DNA from: Gemmatimonadota bacterium
Lineage (GTDB): Bacteria > Gemmatimonadota > Gemmatimonadetes > Gemmatimonadales > GWC2-71-9
Direction: 5' to 3'
NCBI GenBank assembly: GCA_039588295.1
Contig: JBDHAB010000004.1
Span: 96,001-160,000 of the forward strand
Length of the DNA: 64,000 bases
Position 1 is the stretch's first letter, and each line of letters starts with the position of its first letter. Both the position numbers and the translations under genes were made by a program. This document shows positions 8,788 to 20,953 of the stretch, piece by piece. The notes beneath the pieces are model-generated. The model had not been told where the DNA came from. It made no database searches and was given only the letters and a program-made list of their open reading frames with translations.

Positions 8788-11700
8788 TTGTGCATCTCAT
8801 AGTAGAGGAGTGGAATCGCGACGAGCGTGAGGGCAGTGGCCACCACTGCACCACTGATGAGGGCGATCCCCAGTCCCTCGAAGATCGGATCGCGCACCAT
8901 GACAAATCCGCCGATCACAACTGCGAGCGCCGTCAGCACAATGGGTCGGGCGCGAATGAGCCCCGATGCGATCACGGCTTCGCGCAGCGAGCGGCCGCGT
9001 TCGAGCCCCAACTCGACGAAATCGACCAGTAAGATCGAGTTTCGCACGATGATGCCCGCTAGCGCGATCATGCCGATCATCGAGGTCGCCGTGAAGAACG
9101 CTCCGGTCAACGAGTGCGCCGGCAGGATGCCGATCAGCGTGAGCGGGATCGGTGCCATGATCACCAGCGGCACGGTGAACGACTGGAACCACGCTACGAC
9201 CAGGACGTAGATCAGGAGCAGCACCGCGGCGAAGGCGATGCCGAGATCGCGAAACACTTCGATCGTGATCTGCCACTCACCGTCCCAGACGAGAAACGGC
9301 TCTTCCGTGAGGGTTGGGGAGCGTACCCAGTGGCGTGTGAGCCCGTCGGTCGCGTCGTCCAGCGGTCCGCCCATCTCCAGCATGGCGTACGCGGGACTCT
9401 CGAGCCGTCCTGCTACGTCGGCTGTCACGTACACGACGGGCCGCAGGTTCTTGTGGAAGATCGGGGTCTCAACGGCGACGCTGTCGAGTGACGCCAAGGT
9501 GCCAAGTTGCCGGGCGCCACGTGGTGTGGCGATCGGCAGGGTGGCAAGATCGGCTACGGAGGCGACGATCGAATCCGCGAGGTGCACGCGAATCGGCACC
9601 GGTTCACCGGCGGCGTCGTCATGCAGCAGCCCTGCGTCGGCACCGCCCATCGAGGCCGCGACCGTTTGTGCGATCGCACGCGGGCTGGTACCGATGCGCA
9701 GCGCCTCGGCCTGCGAGATAGCGCCTCGCACCTCGGCGTGCGCGGCCGAGACGGACCAGTCCACGTCGACGACCCCGTCCGTCTGTTGGAAGACGTCGCG
9801 CACCCGCTCTGCGAGAGAGAGCTGCTCGGCATAGGTCGGCCCGTAAATCTCGGCGGTGAGCGTGGCCATGACCGGGGGTCCGGGCGGGATTTCGGCCAGC
9901 TTGACTGACGCATCGTAGGCGCGAGCGACCGAGTCGATGGCCGGCCGCATCCGTGAGGCGATGTCGTGACTCTGTTCCGACCGGTCGTGTTTCGGCTTCA
10001 GGTTGACTTGCACGTCCGCTACCGTGGGACCGCGGCGGAGGAAGTAGTGGCGAACGAGCCCGTTGAAATTGAAGGGGGCGGGTGTGCCGGCGTACGTCTG
10101 GATGTTGCTCACCGCGTCATCTCCGGCGGCAACGAGCGCGAGCGCCTGGGAGACTTCGGCCGTTCGTTCCAGCGATGTGCCCTCGGGCATGTCAACGATG
10201 AGTTGGAACTCACTCTTGTTGTCGAACGGCAGCATCTTGATCGTCACCAGCCTGAGTGGCACCAAGGCGGCCGACAGCACCAACATGCCCACCATCACGG
10301 CGTAGGTGGTGCGTCGTCGCCGAGTGCTGCCGAGGAGGCGCTCCATGTTCCGCCGGTACCACCGCGCGATCCGTCCGGTCGGAACGACTTCGTCCGTCGA
10401 CTCGACCGGGGCTCCGGATGGTGGTGAGCCGTTGTGCTGTTTCACGAGGCGCACCGCGAGATAGGGCGTGACGATAAAGGCCACGGCGAGCGAGAAGAGC
10501 ATCGCCATGGACGCACCCACGGGAATCGGGCGCATGTACGGTCCCATGAGCCCCGACACGAACGCCATGGGCAGAATCGCCGCTATGACGGTGAGGGTGG
10601 CGAGGATCGTCGGGTTCCCGACTTCGTCCACCGCGACGACCGCGGCTTCGTCCGGATGTCGGTGCTTTAGACTGAGATGTCGCGCGATGTTCTCTACCAC
10701 CACGATGGCATCGTCCACGAGGATACCAATGGCGAAGACGAGCGCGAACAAGGTGATCCGGTTCAGCGTGTATCCGTAGAGCCGATACACGAAGAGCGTG
10801 AGCGCGAGCGTGACAGGAACCGCCACCAGCACCACGACGGCCTCCCGCCACCCGAGCGTGACCCACACGAGGAGCACGACTCCGACGGTGGCTGCCAGTA
10901 TGTGGAGGAGGAGCTCCTGGGACTTCTCGGTCGCCGTCTCGCCATAGTCCCGCGTCACCGTGACCCGCACATCGTCGGAAATCACGCGTCCCCGAAGATC
11001 CTCAACGCGCTCGAGAGCGTGGTGGGCAATCGTAGCGGCGTTCGTTCCTTCGCGTTTCGCCAGCGCGATGGTTACGGCCGGCTCGAACTGCTCGCCCGCT
11101 CCGCCACCGGGGAGGAAGGCCACATAGTGCTCTGGCTCGGCCGGTCCGTCGCGCACGGTTGCCACATCTCTCAGCCGAATTGCGCGATCGTCGACCACGG
11201 CGACGACGACCTCGCTGACCTGATCGGCACTCCGCAGCAGGTGGCCGATGCGGACCGGAATGCTGCGATTCCCTGACACGAGGGCGCCGGTGGGGAGTTC
11301 CGCGTTTGCCTCCCCCAGCGCGTGCAGCACGACGGCACCCGAGAGTCCGCGCGCCGCGAGCGCCTGGGGATCGAGCATCACCGATACCTCGCGTGGCGCA
11401 CCCCCGATCACCCAGGTTTCGGCGACGTCCGGAATCCGCTTCAACTCTGCCGCCAACTCGACGGCTTGTTGGCGGAGCAGGTATCCGTCCCCGGCGTCTC
11501 CACCTCCGGAGAGCGTGAGCGTGAGAATCGGCACCTCATTGATGCCATGGAGCGTGACATAGGGCGGCGTAGCCCCTGGCGGCACCTTGTCCATGTTGGC
11601 CAGCAGTTTTCCGTGGAGCCGCGTGAGCGCGATCTCGGGCTCCGTTCCGACCGCGAAGCGCGCGGTGACCAACGCGCCGTCGGATTGCGCCATGCTGTAG

Positions 11701-11954
11701 ACGTAATCGACGTCAGGCACCTCCCAGATCGCGCGCTCCAGTGGCTCGACCAGACGCCGCTCGACCTCCCGAGGGCTCGCGCCGGGCAGTCCAACCGCGA
11801 CGTCGATCATCGGAACGCGAATCTGTGGCTCCTCCTCCCGCGGCGTCGTGAGCACAGCGCCGACGCCGAGGACGAGCGATGCCGCTATGAGCAGCGGCGT
11901 CAGCTTTGAATTGAGGAATCGCTGCGCGATCGCGCCGGAGGGGCCGGTCTTCAT
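8784..11954 (-). CDS. RND efflux permease (AcrB/CzcA family)
   Basis: GILVDDAIVVVENI, GIIVRNSILLVDF, RARPIVLT. Confidence 0.95.
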   Translation of the reverse strand: MKTGPSGAIAQRFLNSKLTPLLIAASLVLGVGAVLTTPREEEPQIRVPMIDVAVGLPGASPREVERRLVEPLERAIWEVPDVDYVYSMAQSDGALVTARFAVGTEPEIALTRLHGKLLANMDKVPPGATPPYVTLHGINEVPILTLTLSGGGDAGDGYLLRQQAVELAAELKRIPDVAETWVIGGAPREVSVMLDPQALAARGLSGAVVLHALGEANAELPTGALVSGNRSIPVRIGHLLRSADQVSEVVVAVVDDRAIRLRDVATVRDGPAEPEHYVAFLPGGGAGEQFEPAVTIALAKREGTNAATIAHHALERVEDLRGRVISDDVRVTVTRDYGETATEKSQELLLHILAATVGVVLLVWVTLGWREAVVVLVAVPVTLALTLFVYRLYGYTLNRITLFALVFAIGILVDDAIVVVENIARHLSLKHRHPDEAAVVAVDEVGNPTILATLTVIAAILPMAFVSGLMGPYMRPIPVGASMAMLFSLAVAFIVTPYLAVRLVKQHNGSPPSGAPVESTDEVVPTGRIARWYRRNMERLLGSTRRRRTTYAVMVGMLVLSAALVPLRLVTIKMLPFDNKSEFQLIVDMPEGTSLERTAEVSQALALVAAGDDAVSNIQTYAGTPAPFNFNGLVRHYFLRRGPTVADVQVNLKPKHDRSEQSHDIASRMRPAIDSVARAYDASVKLAEIPPGPPVMATLTAEIYGPTYAEQLSLAERVRDVFQQTDGVVDVDWSVSAAHAEVRGAISQAEALRIGTSPRAIAQTVAASMGGADAGLLHDDAAGEPVPIRVHLADSIVASVADLATLPIATPRGARQLGTLASLDSVAVETPIFHKNLRPVVYVTADVAGRLESPAYAMLEMGGPLDDATDGLTRHWVRSPTLTEEPFLVWDGEWQITIEVFRDLGIAFAAVLLLIYVLVVAWFQSFTVPLVIMAPIPLTLIGILPAHSLTGAFFTATSMIGMIALAGIIVRNSILLVDFVELGLERGRSLREAVIASGLIRARPIVLTALAVVIGGFVMVRDPIFEGLGIALISGAVVATALTLVAIPLLYYEMHK

Positions 11955-12952
11955 AGGACGACCCGATCGCCGGGCTCCAGACCGCTCAGTACCTGAATCC
12001 GATCGCCTGCGCCCACCGCTCGTCCAAGTCGGATCCACCGAACCGCGACCCCGTCCGCGGTCAGGACGCGAACGCCGGTCAGCTGACCGCGCCGCACCAC
12101 GGCGTCTGCCGGGATCGCAATGCCATCGGCGCTGCCCGAGGGAATCAACGCCGTGACGGAGATTCCGGTTGGCCAGTCCGCTGGGAGGCTAGCGCGCACC
12201 TCGACCGTGCGGGTCATCGGATCGGCGCCGGGGGCAACTGCGCGAATGGCCGCCGTCGTCGACCGTCCATCGGAAGCGGAGATGCGGACGGGAGCGCCGG
12301 GTTCCAGCGTGAGCGCGAGGTCGGCGGGGACGGCGAGGACGGCATCGCGCGGTCCCGAGTCTTCGATCACGAGAAGCGGGATCCCGGGTGCCGCGACGTC
12401 ACCCGCGTCTGCGTATCGCGCCACCACGGCACCGTGAAACGGCGCACGAATGGTGGCGTAGCTCGCGGCTGTTTCCACCTCGGTGCGTGTGGCCTCTGCC
12501 AGCGCCACTTGGCTTTCCGCTTGCGTGAGGGCGAGGTGCGCGCCGTCTTTCTGAACGGCCGCCACGACGTCCTGTGCGTAGAGCGTGTCCATCCGCGCGG
12601 CTTGACGAGCCGCCTCGTCTCGCGCCGCGATCGCCGCGGTCACGGCTGCCTCGGCCTTGGCGCGAGACGCGGCGATATCGCCGGTCCCGAGCCGAATCAA
12701 CGTCTGACCGGGTGCGATCCGCGTCCCCACATCCACACGCAGCTCGGAGATGCGTGCCATAATGCGTGTGGTTATCTCAGCGCGGTGGCGAGCGGCAACG
12801 GTACCCTCGACCGGCGTCGTCACGGCCAAGGGCTCAGCGTGAATCGTGACGGTCGTGGGTGTGACGTCCGTCGGCGCGTGCGGGGTCGACGGCGCCGGCC
12901 CGCAAGCGGCCACGGCCACCGCGAGGGCACCCCATGCCAAGCGTCTTATCAT
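11951..12952 (-). CDS. RND periplasmic adaptor (MFP)
   Basis: Lipoprotein-like VAAC, IRAPFHGAV, LSGLEPGDRVV. Confidence 0.9.
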   Translation of the reverse strand: MIRRLAWGALAVAVAACGPAPSTPHAPTDVTPTTVTIHAEPLAVTTPVEGTVAARHRAEITTRIMARISELRVDVGTRIAPGQTLIRLGTGDIAASRAKAEAAVTAAIAARDEAARQAARMDTLYAQDVVAAVQKDGAHLALTQAESQVALAEATRTEVETAASYATIRAPFHGAVVARYADAGDVAAPGIPLLVIEDSGPRDAVLAVPADLALTLEPGAPVRISASDGRSTTAAIRAVAPGADPMTRTVEVRASLPADWPTGISVTALIPSGSADGIAIPADAVVRRGQLTGVRVLTADGVAVRWIRLGRAVGAGDRIQVLSGLEPGDRVVL

Positions 12953-14271
12953 TGATCGTACACTCCGTAGGCGAGTTCGAGGGCCGCGGTGGCGACCAGG
13001 AGGTCGTGACGTGCGGCCAAGAGGTTGAGCGTCGCGGCGGTTACCGCGGCTTGCACATCCAGCAGCTCGGTAATCGATGACGCACCGGTGCGGTACCGAA
13101 GTCGGGCCTGGGCGAGTGTTTCTGCTGCCTCGTTGGCGGCGCGTGCCGCGACGTCCGCCCGTTCACCGGCGGCGGTGAGCATTCGCTCGGCCTGGAGGAC
13201 TTCGACGGTCGCTTGTCGTTGCGCTGCCTCGAGTCGCGCTGCGGCCGCCTGGTGGTTGGCCTGCGCAGCTCGCACGGACCCGGGTCCCGAGAGTCCCTGG
13301 AGTGGCCGCCACGTGAGGCCGACGCCGATCGTCCAATCCCCGCTGCCCGCGGCGAACGGCGCGCTGTTGCTGTAGTGTGCGAACGACGCAAAGGCCGCGA
13401 TCGATGGCAGCTGTGACGCCCACGCTTTGCGCACGCTGGCTCGAGCGGCATCCGTGCCGTGCGCTAACGCCGTCAAGTCACCGCGATCGCCGACGGAGCA
13501 GTCCAGTGCGCCCGCCGCGCAGGCCCCGGTCCCCGCCTCGTGCGCCAACGAGTCGGTCAGCGAGAGCGGCAGGGAATCGGGCAATGCGAGCAGCGCTCGC
13601 AACGCCGAGAACGCGTTCCGAGCCTGCGCATCGGCGCCGAGGCGTCGCACCTCCAGTTCGGAGGCCTTGAGCCGTGCCAACCGCGCGTCGAGTCCGGTCA
13701 CCAGGCCTTGTGCCCGCATGGCCTCCGCCTGGCGGACGTGTGCGCGCACGGCGGTGAGTGCCGTGTCCAACGCCTCCACCTGGTGGACGGCGAGCTGTGC
13801 GTCCCAATATGCTTGGGTCACGGAGAACCGGGTTGCGCCTGCCGCGCGCCGGGCGGCTGCCTGTTGCGCAGCAGCCGCACGCCGGGCCGCCGCAAAGCCG
13901 AACAGTCCTTCGGGGGCGAACAGCGGCTGTTGGATGGTCGCCCCGGCGCTGTACCCCGAGTACGCGTCGGGTCGGTTCAGGGCGTTGAGATCGAGGTCGG
14001 GCGCCTGGAAGTTCTCCTGCCGCAGCTTGAGTCCGAAGACGGCAACGGGATCCGTGGTTCTGAGACCGTGAAGGTCGAGCGTCACGGTTGGCAGGAAGGC
14101 CTGGGTGGCCTGCAGTGGAAGCTGTGCAGCCGCATGCGCGGCGGCGCGTTCTGCCCTGAGGCTCGGATTGGCCTCGCGGGCACGCTGGAGCGCAGCGTCC
14201 ACCGATAAGTGCACGGTATCGGCAGCGGTCAGCTGAGCACCTAGCATTAATATGTTAATAGTCATAGACAT
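12949..14271 (-). CDS. TolC-family outer membrane factor
   Basis: Ala-rich helical repeats, RYRTGASSITELLD; start 14271 or 14265. Confidence 0.9.
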   Translation of the reverse strand: MSMTINILMLGAQLTAADTVHLSVDAALQRAREANPSLRAERAAAHAAAQLPLQATQAFLPTVTLDLHGLRTTDPVAVFGLKLRQENFQAPDLDLNALNRPDAYSGYSAGATIQQPLFAPEGLFGFAAARRAAAAQQAAARRAAGATRFSVTQAYWDAQLAVHQVEALDTALTAVRAHVRQAEAMRAQGLVTGLDARLARLKASELEVRRLGADAQARNAFSALRALLALPDSLPLSLTDSLAHEAGTGACAAGALDCSVGDRGDLTALAHGTDAARASVRKAWASQLPSIAAFASFAHYSNSAPFAAGSGDWTIGVGLTWRPLQGLSGPGSVRAAQANHQAAAARLEAAQRQATVEVLQAERMLTAAGERADVAARAANEAAETLAQARLRYRTGASSITELLDVQAAVTAATLNLLAARHDLLVATAALELAYGVYDQ

Positions 14272-14303
14272 ATGTTATAGCTCAACAAAAAAGGGGCTTC
14301 CAA
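14258..14303 (-). promoter_or_regulatory. Putative sigma70 promoter (TTGGAA-N18-TATAAC) with operator ACATA-N4-TATGACTAT at tolC start
   Basis: AT-rich segment; operator matches arsR promoter site at 14 of 18 positions. Confidence 0.5.
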
Positions 14304-14315
14304 TAACTCTTCCAG

Positions 14316-14624
14316 TCACATGTCGCACCGGCGAATACAGTCCAGAATGTGCTGCACCTTGGGTTCGATGATGCGATAGAACACATGATTCCCATCCCGC
14401 CGCGCGGCAACGATGTCACAGCCGCGCATCTTCGCGAGATGCTGGGAGACAATTGCCTGGGGCAGGCCCAGGGCCTCCTGGATCTCCGTCACTGCCACCT
14501 CGCCGGGCTCGAGCACCTCGACGATCTTCAGCCGGTCGGGGTGGCCGAGCATCTTAATGATGTCGGCAGCCCGGGCAAGCTGCCGGGGCTCGATGGTCCG
14601 AACCAAGTTCGCGGGTGTCATCAT
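14316..14624 (-). CDS. ArsR/SmtB family regulator with C-terminal CxxxC
   Basis: LGHPDRLKIV, VSQHLAKMR, RRDGNHVFY, LDCIRRC. Confidence 0.9.
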   Translation of the reverse strand: MMTPANLVRTIEPRQLARAADIIKMLGHPDRLKIVEVLEPGEVAVTEIQEALGLPQAIVSQHLAKMRGCDIVAARRDGNHVFYRIIEPKVQHILDCIRRCDM

Positions 14625-14631
14625 ATAGGCA

Positions 14632-14660
14632 ATTCTACTATAGTCATAATACTATGTCAA
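14632..14660 (-). promoter_or_regulatory. Near-consensus sigma70 promoter TTGACA-N17-TAGAAT, probably leaderless, with inverted repeat ATAGT-N6-ACTAT
   Basis: -35 at 14660-14655, -10 at 14637-14632, ATG 7 nt after the -10. Confidence 0.8.
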
Positions 14661-14728
14661 GGCCGAGCAGTTGTCCAGTTTGGCACTGCTCCCGAAAGGA
14701 TTGAAATCCCGGCCCAGTCGCGCCAGGA

Positions 14729-16749
<2,021 letters not shown>

Positions 16750-16894
16750 TCGGGTGGGGTTTCTCTAAGCCTTTCTCTGCCAACTGGTTAGGGTCGAGCG
16801 CAGAGGTCCCGCGATGTCCGGCGGCGAGGGCCGCCGGACAGCCCTCGGAGGCGGACGCGCCTGGCACGCCGACCCTGGCGGTCGGGCGCCCCGG

Positions 16895-17197
16895 TTACTC
16901 TGCGCGCCACACGATTCTGCGGATCTTTTTCCCCCGTTGACCGAGCTTGCGAAGGATCTCCGGCGACATGAGCTGCAGCTCCTGCATCCACGCGGCCGAC
17001 GCGACGCTCACGATCAGCGTACCGTCCCGAGTGACGAAGTGCGGTGTGGTCACCGTGGCGATTTGCGGCCCGACCAGCTGATCCCATTCGGGAATGACGC
17101 TTGCCTGATCGAGTCGGCGCTTGATGCCTCGGCGTTTGATGTAGGCCTCGAGTGCCTCGTCCATCGGCGTCACCGGGGTCTTCTTTCTAGCGCTCAA
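16895..17197 (-). CDS. DUF721 / DciA family protein
   Basis: WDQLVGPQIA...LIVSVASAAWMQEL; between recF and gyrB. Confidence 0.85.
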   Translation of the reverse strand: MSARKKTPVTPMDEALEAYIKRRGIKRRLDQASVIPEWDQLVGPQIATVTTPHFVTRDGTLIVSVASAAWMQELQLMSPEILRKLGQRGKKIRRIVWRAE

Positions 17198-18257
17198 TCG
17201 TGCCTCCTCGCATGGACCACCGCGGTCGGTCGAGCAGTGACGCAGGAACCTCGGACTCCCGGGGTGCAGCGATCACGGCTTGGCCCGGCAGTGTCTCGCG
17301 AATCAGCGCCAGCAAGTTTGCCTGGCGTTGCTCGTCGAATTCAGCGAAGACATCGTCGTAGAGCGCAATGGGGGCCACGCCTCGCGTCTCGCGAATCGTC
17401 TCCGCTTCCACCAAGCGCAACGCCACCGCCGCCGTTCGCTGTTGTCCTGCCGATCCAAACGTCCGCAACTCCTTCCCGTTCAGCACCAACGTCAGGTCAT
17501 CCCGATGCGGCCCCACGGTTGTGACACCGCGCCGGGCATCGCGTTCGGCGGCGCGATCCAGCGCATCCAGAACCACCGTGGGTGAATCGATCTCGCGATG
17601 ATGGTCCGCCGCGTAGTCGATCGCGGGGGATTCCGTCTCGCCGAGTGCGAGGCAGAAGTCGCGGTAGCGGGCAGCCCAACGCGCGGTCCACCGCCGACGC
17701 GCAGCGGCGACGGCGGCGGACGAGGTGGCAAACGGGGCGTCGAACGCCCGGGCAGCGTCGCCATCGGCTCGGCGAAGCGCCGCGTTCCGCTGCTTGAGCG
17801 CCTGCCGCATCGTCGAGAGGGACGCCAAATACCCAGGTTCGCTCAGCGCGAGGAGGATGTCCAGATACCGCCGCCGTCCCGCTGGTCCACCGGCAACCAC
17901 CGTGCGGTCGGCGGGAGAGAGCGCGACCGCGACGACGCTCCCGACACCGTCGGCCAGTTTCTTGAGCTCTCCCCGGTCAATCGTCACCTTCTTGCGCCGA
18001 CCGGCGACCTCGTAGCCGACGGTGACGCGATGGCCGGCGGTGCCGGCGATGAAGAATCCATCCTCCTCGAACCGTACGAGTTCGCGGTCCTTGGCGCCAC
18101 GCAGTGAGCGGAACAGGACGAGGTAGTAGATCGCCTCGAGCAGGTTGGTCTTGCCGTGGCCGTTGGGACCGATGACTACGACGCCTTCCGGTGGAAGTTC
18201 GAGGTCGAGTGCGGCGAAGTTGCGGAAGTTCCGTGCGACGAGCTGTGTCAGCTGCAC
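17187..18257 (-). CDS. recF: DNA replication/repair protein RecF
   Basis: GPNGHGKTNLLEAI, GPHRDD, GSAGQQR, YDDVFAEFD. Confidence 0.95.
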   Translation of the reverse strand: MQLTQLVARNFRNFAALDLELPPEGVVVIGPNGHGKTNLLEAIYYLVLFRSLRGAKDRELVRFEEDGFFIAGTAGHRVTVGYEVAGRRKKVTIDRGELKKLADGVGSVVAVALSPADRTVVAGGPAGRRRYLDILLALSEPGYLASLSTMRQALKQRNAALRRADGDAARAFDAPFATSSAAVAAARRRWTARWAARYRDFCLALGETESPAIDYAADHHREIDSPTVVLDALDRAAERDARRGVTTVGPHRDDLTLVLNGKELRTFGSAGQQRTAAVALRLVEAETIRETRGVAPIALYDDVFAEFDEQRQANLLALIRETLPGQAVIAAPRESEVPASLLDRPRWSMRGGTIER

Positions 18258-18270
18258 GGCGGTTCAGCTA

Positions 18271-18717
18271 CTACTGCAGCACGAACGAGCGGTCTGCGCT
18301 CGCCCGGTTGTCGAGCGAATCAGTCGCCACGATCCGGAGCGTGATCTGCCCCGTCACGCCGACCGGCGTCGGGATCGGGTAGTCGACCACGAGGACGGTA
18401 TCGTTCGGGAAGATATTGGGAAAGCCGAGGGCGAACGCGCCCAACACCCCGGCGGCGACTGCGCTCAGGGTGGTTCGGTCGCTGACCCGAACGCGCACGA
18501 CGATCTGACTCCCGGGGGCGTAGACGCTGTCTGCGACCGCCGGTTCGAGGAACTCGATTCGGGGTGGGAACGTGTCGGGGTCGAAGGGCGACGGATTGAA
18601 GATTGGCCGCGTGGGCTCGCCACACGCGAGTGCCGCCCAGGCGATCCCGACGTGGCACGCGAGGGTGAGGCAGACCGCCCAGGGTCGGCGGGCTCGATGG
18701 GACAGGCGTCGGGTCAT
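18271..18717 (-). CDS. Hypothetical lipoprotein, beta-rich (Ig-like)
   Basis: Lipobox-like ALAC; tightly packed between ogt and recF. Confidence 0.55.
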   Translation of the reverse strand: MTRRLSHRARRPWAVCLTLACHVGIAWAALACGEPTRPIFNPSPFDPDTFPPRIEFLEPAVADSVYAPGSQIVVRVRVSDRTTLSAVAAGVLGAFALGFPNIFPNDTVLVVDYPIPTPVGVTGQITLRIVATDSLDNRASADRSFVLQ

Positions 18718-18718
18718 G

Positions 18719-19177
18719 TCAGTGCGACAGTTCCAGGTTCAGGAGCTTCCGCTTCAGATCCAGGCCCCCACCGTAGCCGCCGAGCTTGCCGCCAGCTCCG
18801 ACCACACGATGGCACGGAATGACGATTGGCACGGGGTTGCGCCCGTTTGCAGTTCCCACGGCGCGCGCCGCGTTGGGTCGACCGATGCTCCAGGCAATTT
18901 GACCGTAGGTGGCCGTCGCGCCGTACGGGATCCGACGCACGGCGTCCCACACGAGACGGTCAAACGGCGTTCCCACGGGCTCCACGCGAAAGCCGAACTC
19001 ATCGCGTTGGCCGGCACAGAACTCCTGGAGTTCCGACGCAACGCGACGCTCGAACGGCGTCTCAGGTGCTCTGGCACCGCGAGCGTTCAGCTCGATGCGC
19101 GTCACGGCATCCGCGGCGGCGGTCACGGCGACAGTGGTCAGTGCCATTTCGACGGTAAACGGTTGCGCTGGGTGCAT
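18719..19177 (-). CDS. ogt: Methylated-DNA-protein-cysteine S-methyltransferase
   Basis: GTPFDRLVW, IPYGATATY, IVIPCHRVVG; start uncertain. Confidence 0.9.
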   Translation of the reverse strand: MHPAQPFTVEMALTTVAVTAAADAVTRIELNARGARAPETPFERRVASELQEFCAGQRDEFGFRVEPVGTPFDRLVWDAVRRIPYGATATYGQIAWSIGRPNAARAVGTANGRNPVPIVIPCHRVVGAGGKLGGYGGGLDLKRKLLNLELSH

Positions 19178-19410
19178 CCCGACTCGTACGAGAGGATCGT
19201 CGCCGGCGTTCGGCACGCCGGCCAGTTCGTTCAATAATATCTCGGTCGCCGCGCCGCGTGTGAGTCACGCCACGGATCCGCAGGCGGCTCCTTGCCGAGG
19301 CTCGATGAACCGCGCTTCACGATTCCTTCACGAAATCTACGACACCGCGCACCCACTGATGCTCGGACGTTCCCGAGTGGTCACCTCCTCGAACCTCCGA
19401 GGCCACCTTC

Positions 19411-20136
19411 ATGCCTCAACAGCTCCCCCGACTGGCCGTGGTGTTCGTGCTCGCCATCGTGGGACTGGTCGTAGCGCGCCAACTACTCATTCCAGAGACC
19501 TTTGGCGACCGCGGTCACTATCGGGCGGCAGCGGTCGACTCGATCGCCGCCCACGAGAAGAAGTACGCCGGCCACCAGGAATGCGCGCTCTGCCATACCA
19601 ACGTCGCCGAAGTGCGGGCTGAGGGGAACCATCGAATGGTGTCGTGTGAGGTCTGCCATGGGCCCGCGGCCACCCACGTAGCGGCGCCGCTCGACGTGAA
19701 ACCGCCGATTCCGCGCAGCCGCGATCTTTGCGTGTTGTGCCACGCGTATAACCCGTCGCGCCCAACGGGCTTTGCCCAGATCGATTCCGTCGCGCACAAT
19801 CCTCGCATCCCCTGCTCCCAGTGCCACGAACCCCACGCGCCCGAGCCGCCGGCGGTGCCACAGGAATGCGCTGCCTGCCACGGTCAGATTGCCAGCCAGA
19901 AAGCGGTCTCCCATCACTGGGCGCTCGATTGCACCACGTGTCACCAAGCGCCGGAAGAGCACAAGCTGAACCCTCGGGGGGTTCGACCCACGAAGCCGGT
20001 GAATCGGGCGTTCTGCGGCGGCTGTCATGCAATGGGTCCCGGCGCGGGCGACATCCCGCAAATCGACCTGCGGACCCACGGTGAGCCCTACCTGTGTTGG
20101 CAGTGTCACTATCCTCATCTTCCCGAGGCGCGGTGA
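19411..20136 (+). CDS. Membrane-anchored octaheme cytochrome c
   Basis: N-terminal TM, 8 CxxCH. Confidence 0.9.
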   Translation: MPQQLPRLAVVFVLAIVGLVVARQLLIPETFGDRGHYRAAAVDSIAAHEKKYAGHQECALCHTNVAEVRAEGNHRMVSCEVCHGPAATHVAAPLDVKPPIPRSRDLCVLCHAYNPSRPTGFAQIDSVAHNPRIPCSQCHEPHAPEPPAVPQECAACHGQIASQKAVSHHWALDCTTCHQAPEEHKLNPRGVRPTKPVNRAFCGGCHAMGPGAGDIPQIDLRTHGEPYLCWQCHYPHLPEAR

Positions 20137-20951
20137 TGGCGGAACAGGACGAGGTGATCGCACAGGAATCCTCCCGGTCGGGTCACGGAGCGGTGGATCG
20201 ACGGGCGTTCCTGAACGAGATGCTTGCAGCGTGCGCCGGCGGTGCACCGCTCCTCTTGGGGGTTCTGCGGTTGCCCGTTGCGGGAGCGCAAGGTCAAGCC
20301 GGTGCGGCGTACGAGCCGTCAGAGCACTTGTACGGGATGGGGATCGACATTCAGAAATGCATCGGGTGTGCGCGGTGCGTGGTCGCGTGCAAGACCGAAA
20401 ACGATGTACCGCAGGAGCCCCACTTCTTCAATACCTGGATCGAGCGATACGTGCTTCGCGGTGAGCGTGAGGTGGAGGTCGACAGTCCCAACGGGGGCAT
20501 CGACGGATTTCCGCCGCTCGAAAGCCCGGCGGAAATCCGCCGGTCGTTCTTCGTGCCCAAGCTCTGCAACCACTGTGCGAACCCTCCGTGCGTACAAGTG
20601 TGTCCGGTTGGCGCGACGTTCATCACGGAAGACGGGGTGGTGCTCGTCGACGACGAGTACTGCATCGGATGCCGGTATTGCATCCAGGCCTGCCCCTATG
20701 GCGCCCGGTACATGCATCCCGAGAAGCACGTGGCGGCCAAGTGCACGTTTTGTTATCACCGGCTCGTTGACGGTCTCGTGCCTGCGTGCGTCGAGGTGTG
20801 CCCCACCGGGGCGCGCGTGTTCGGAGAGCTCAACGACACGCCGACGCCGCTCGCGCGGTTCATGCGGTTCAACGACCTCCAGGTGCTCAAGCACCATCTG
20901 AACACCAAACCCAAGGCGTACTATGCGAATCTCGACGTCGAGGTGAGCTGA
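20136..20951 (+). CDS. Tat-exported 4x[4Fe-4S] protein (NrfC/PsrB/TtrB family)
   Basis: DRRAFL Tat motif; CIGCARCVVAC, CNHCANPPCVQVCP, CIGCRYCIQACP, CTFC...CVEVCP. Confidence 0.9.
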   Translation: MAEQDEVIAQESSRSGHGAVDRRAFLNEMLAACAGGAPLLLGVLRLPVAGAQGQAGAAYEPSEHLYGMGIDIQKCIGCARCVVACKTENDVPQEPHFFNTWIERYVLRGEREVEVDSPNGGIDGFPPLESPAEIRRSFFVPKLCNHCANPPCVQVCPVGATFITEDGVVLVDDEYCIGCRYCIQACPYGARYMHPEKHVAAKCTFCYHRLVDGLVPACVEVCPTGARVFGELNDTPTPLARFMRFNDLQVLKHHLNTKPKAYYANLDVEVS

Positions 20952-20953
20952 CG

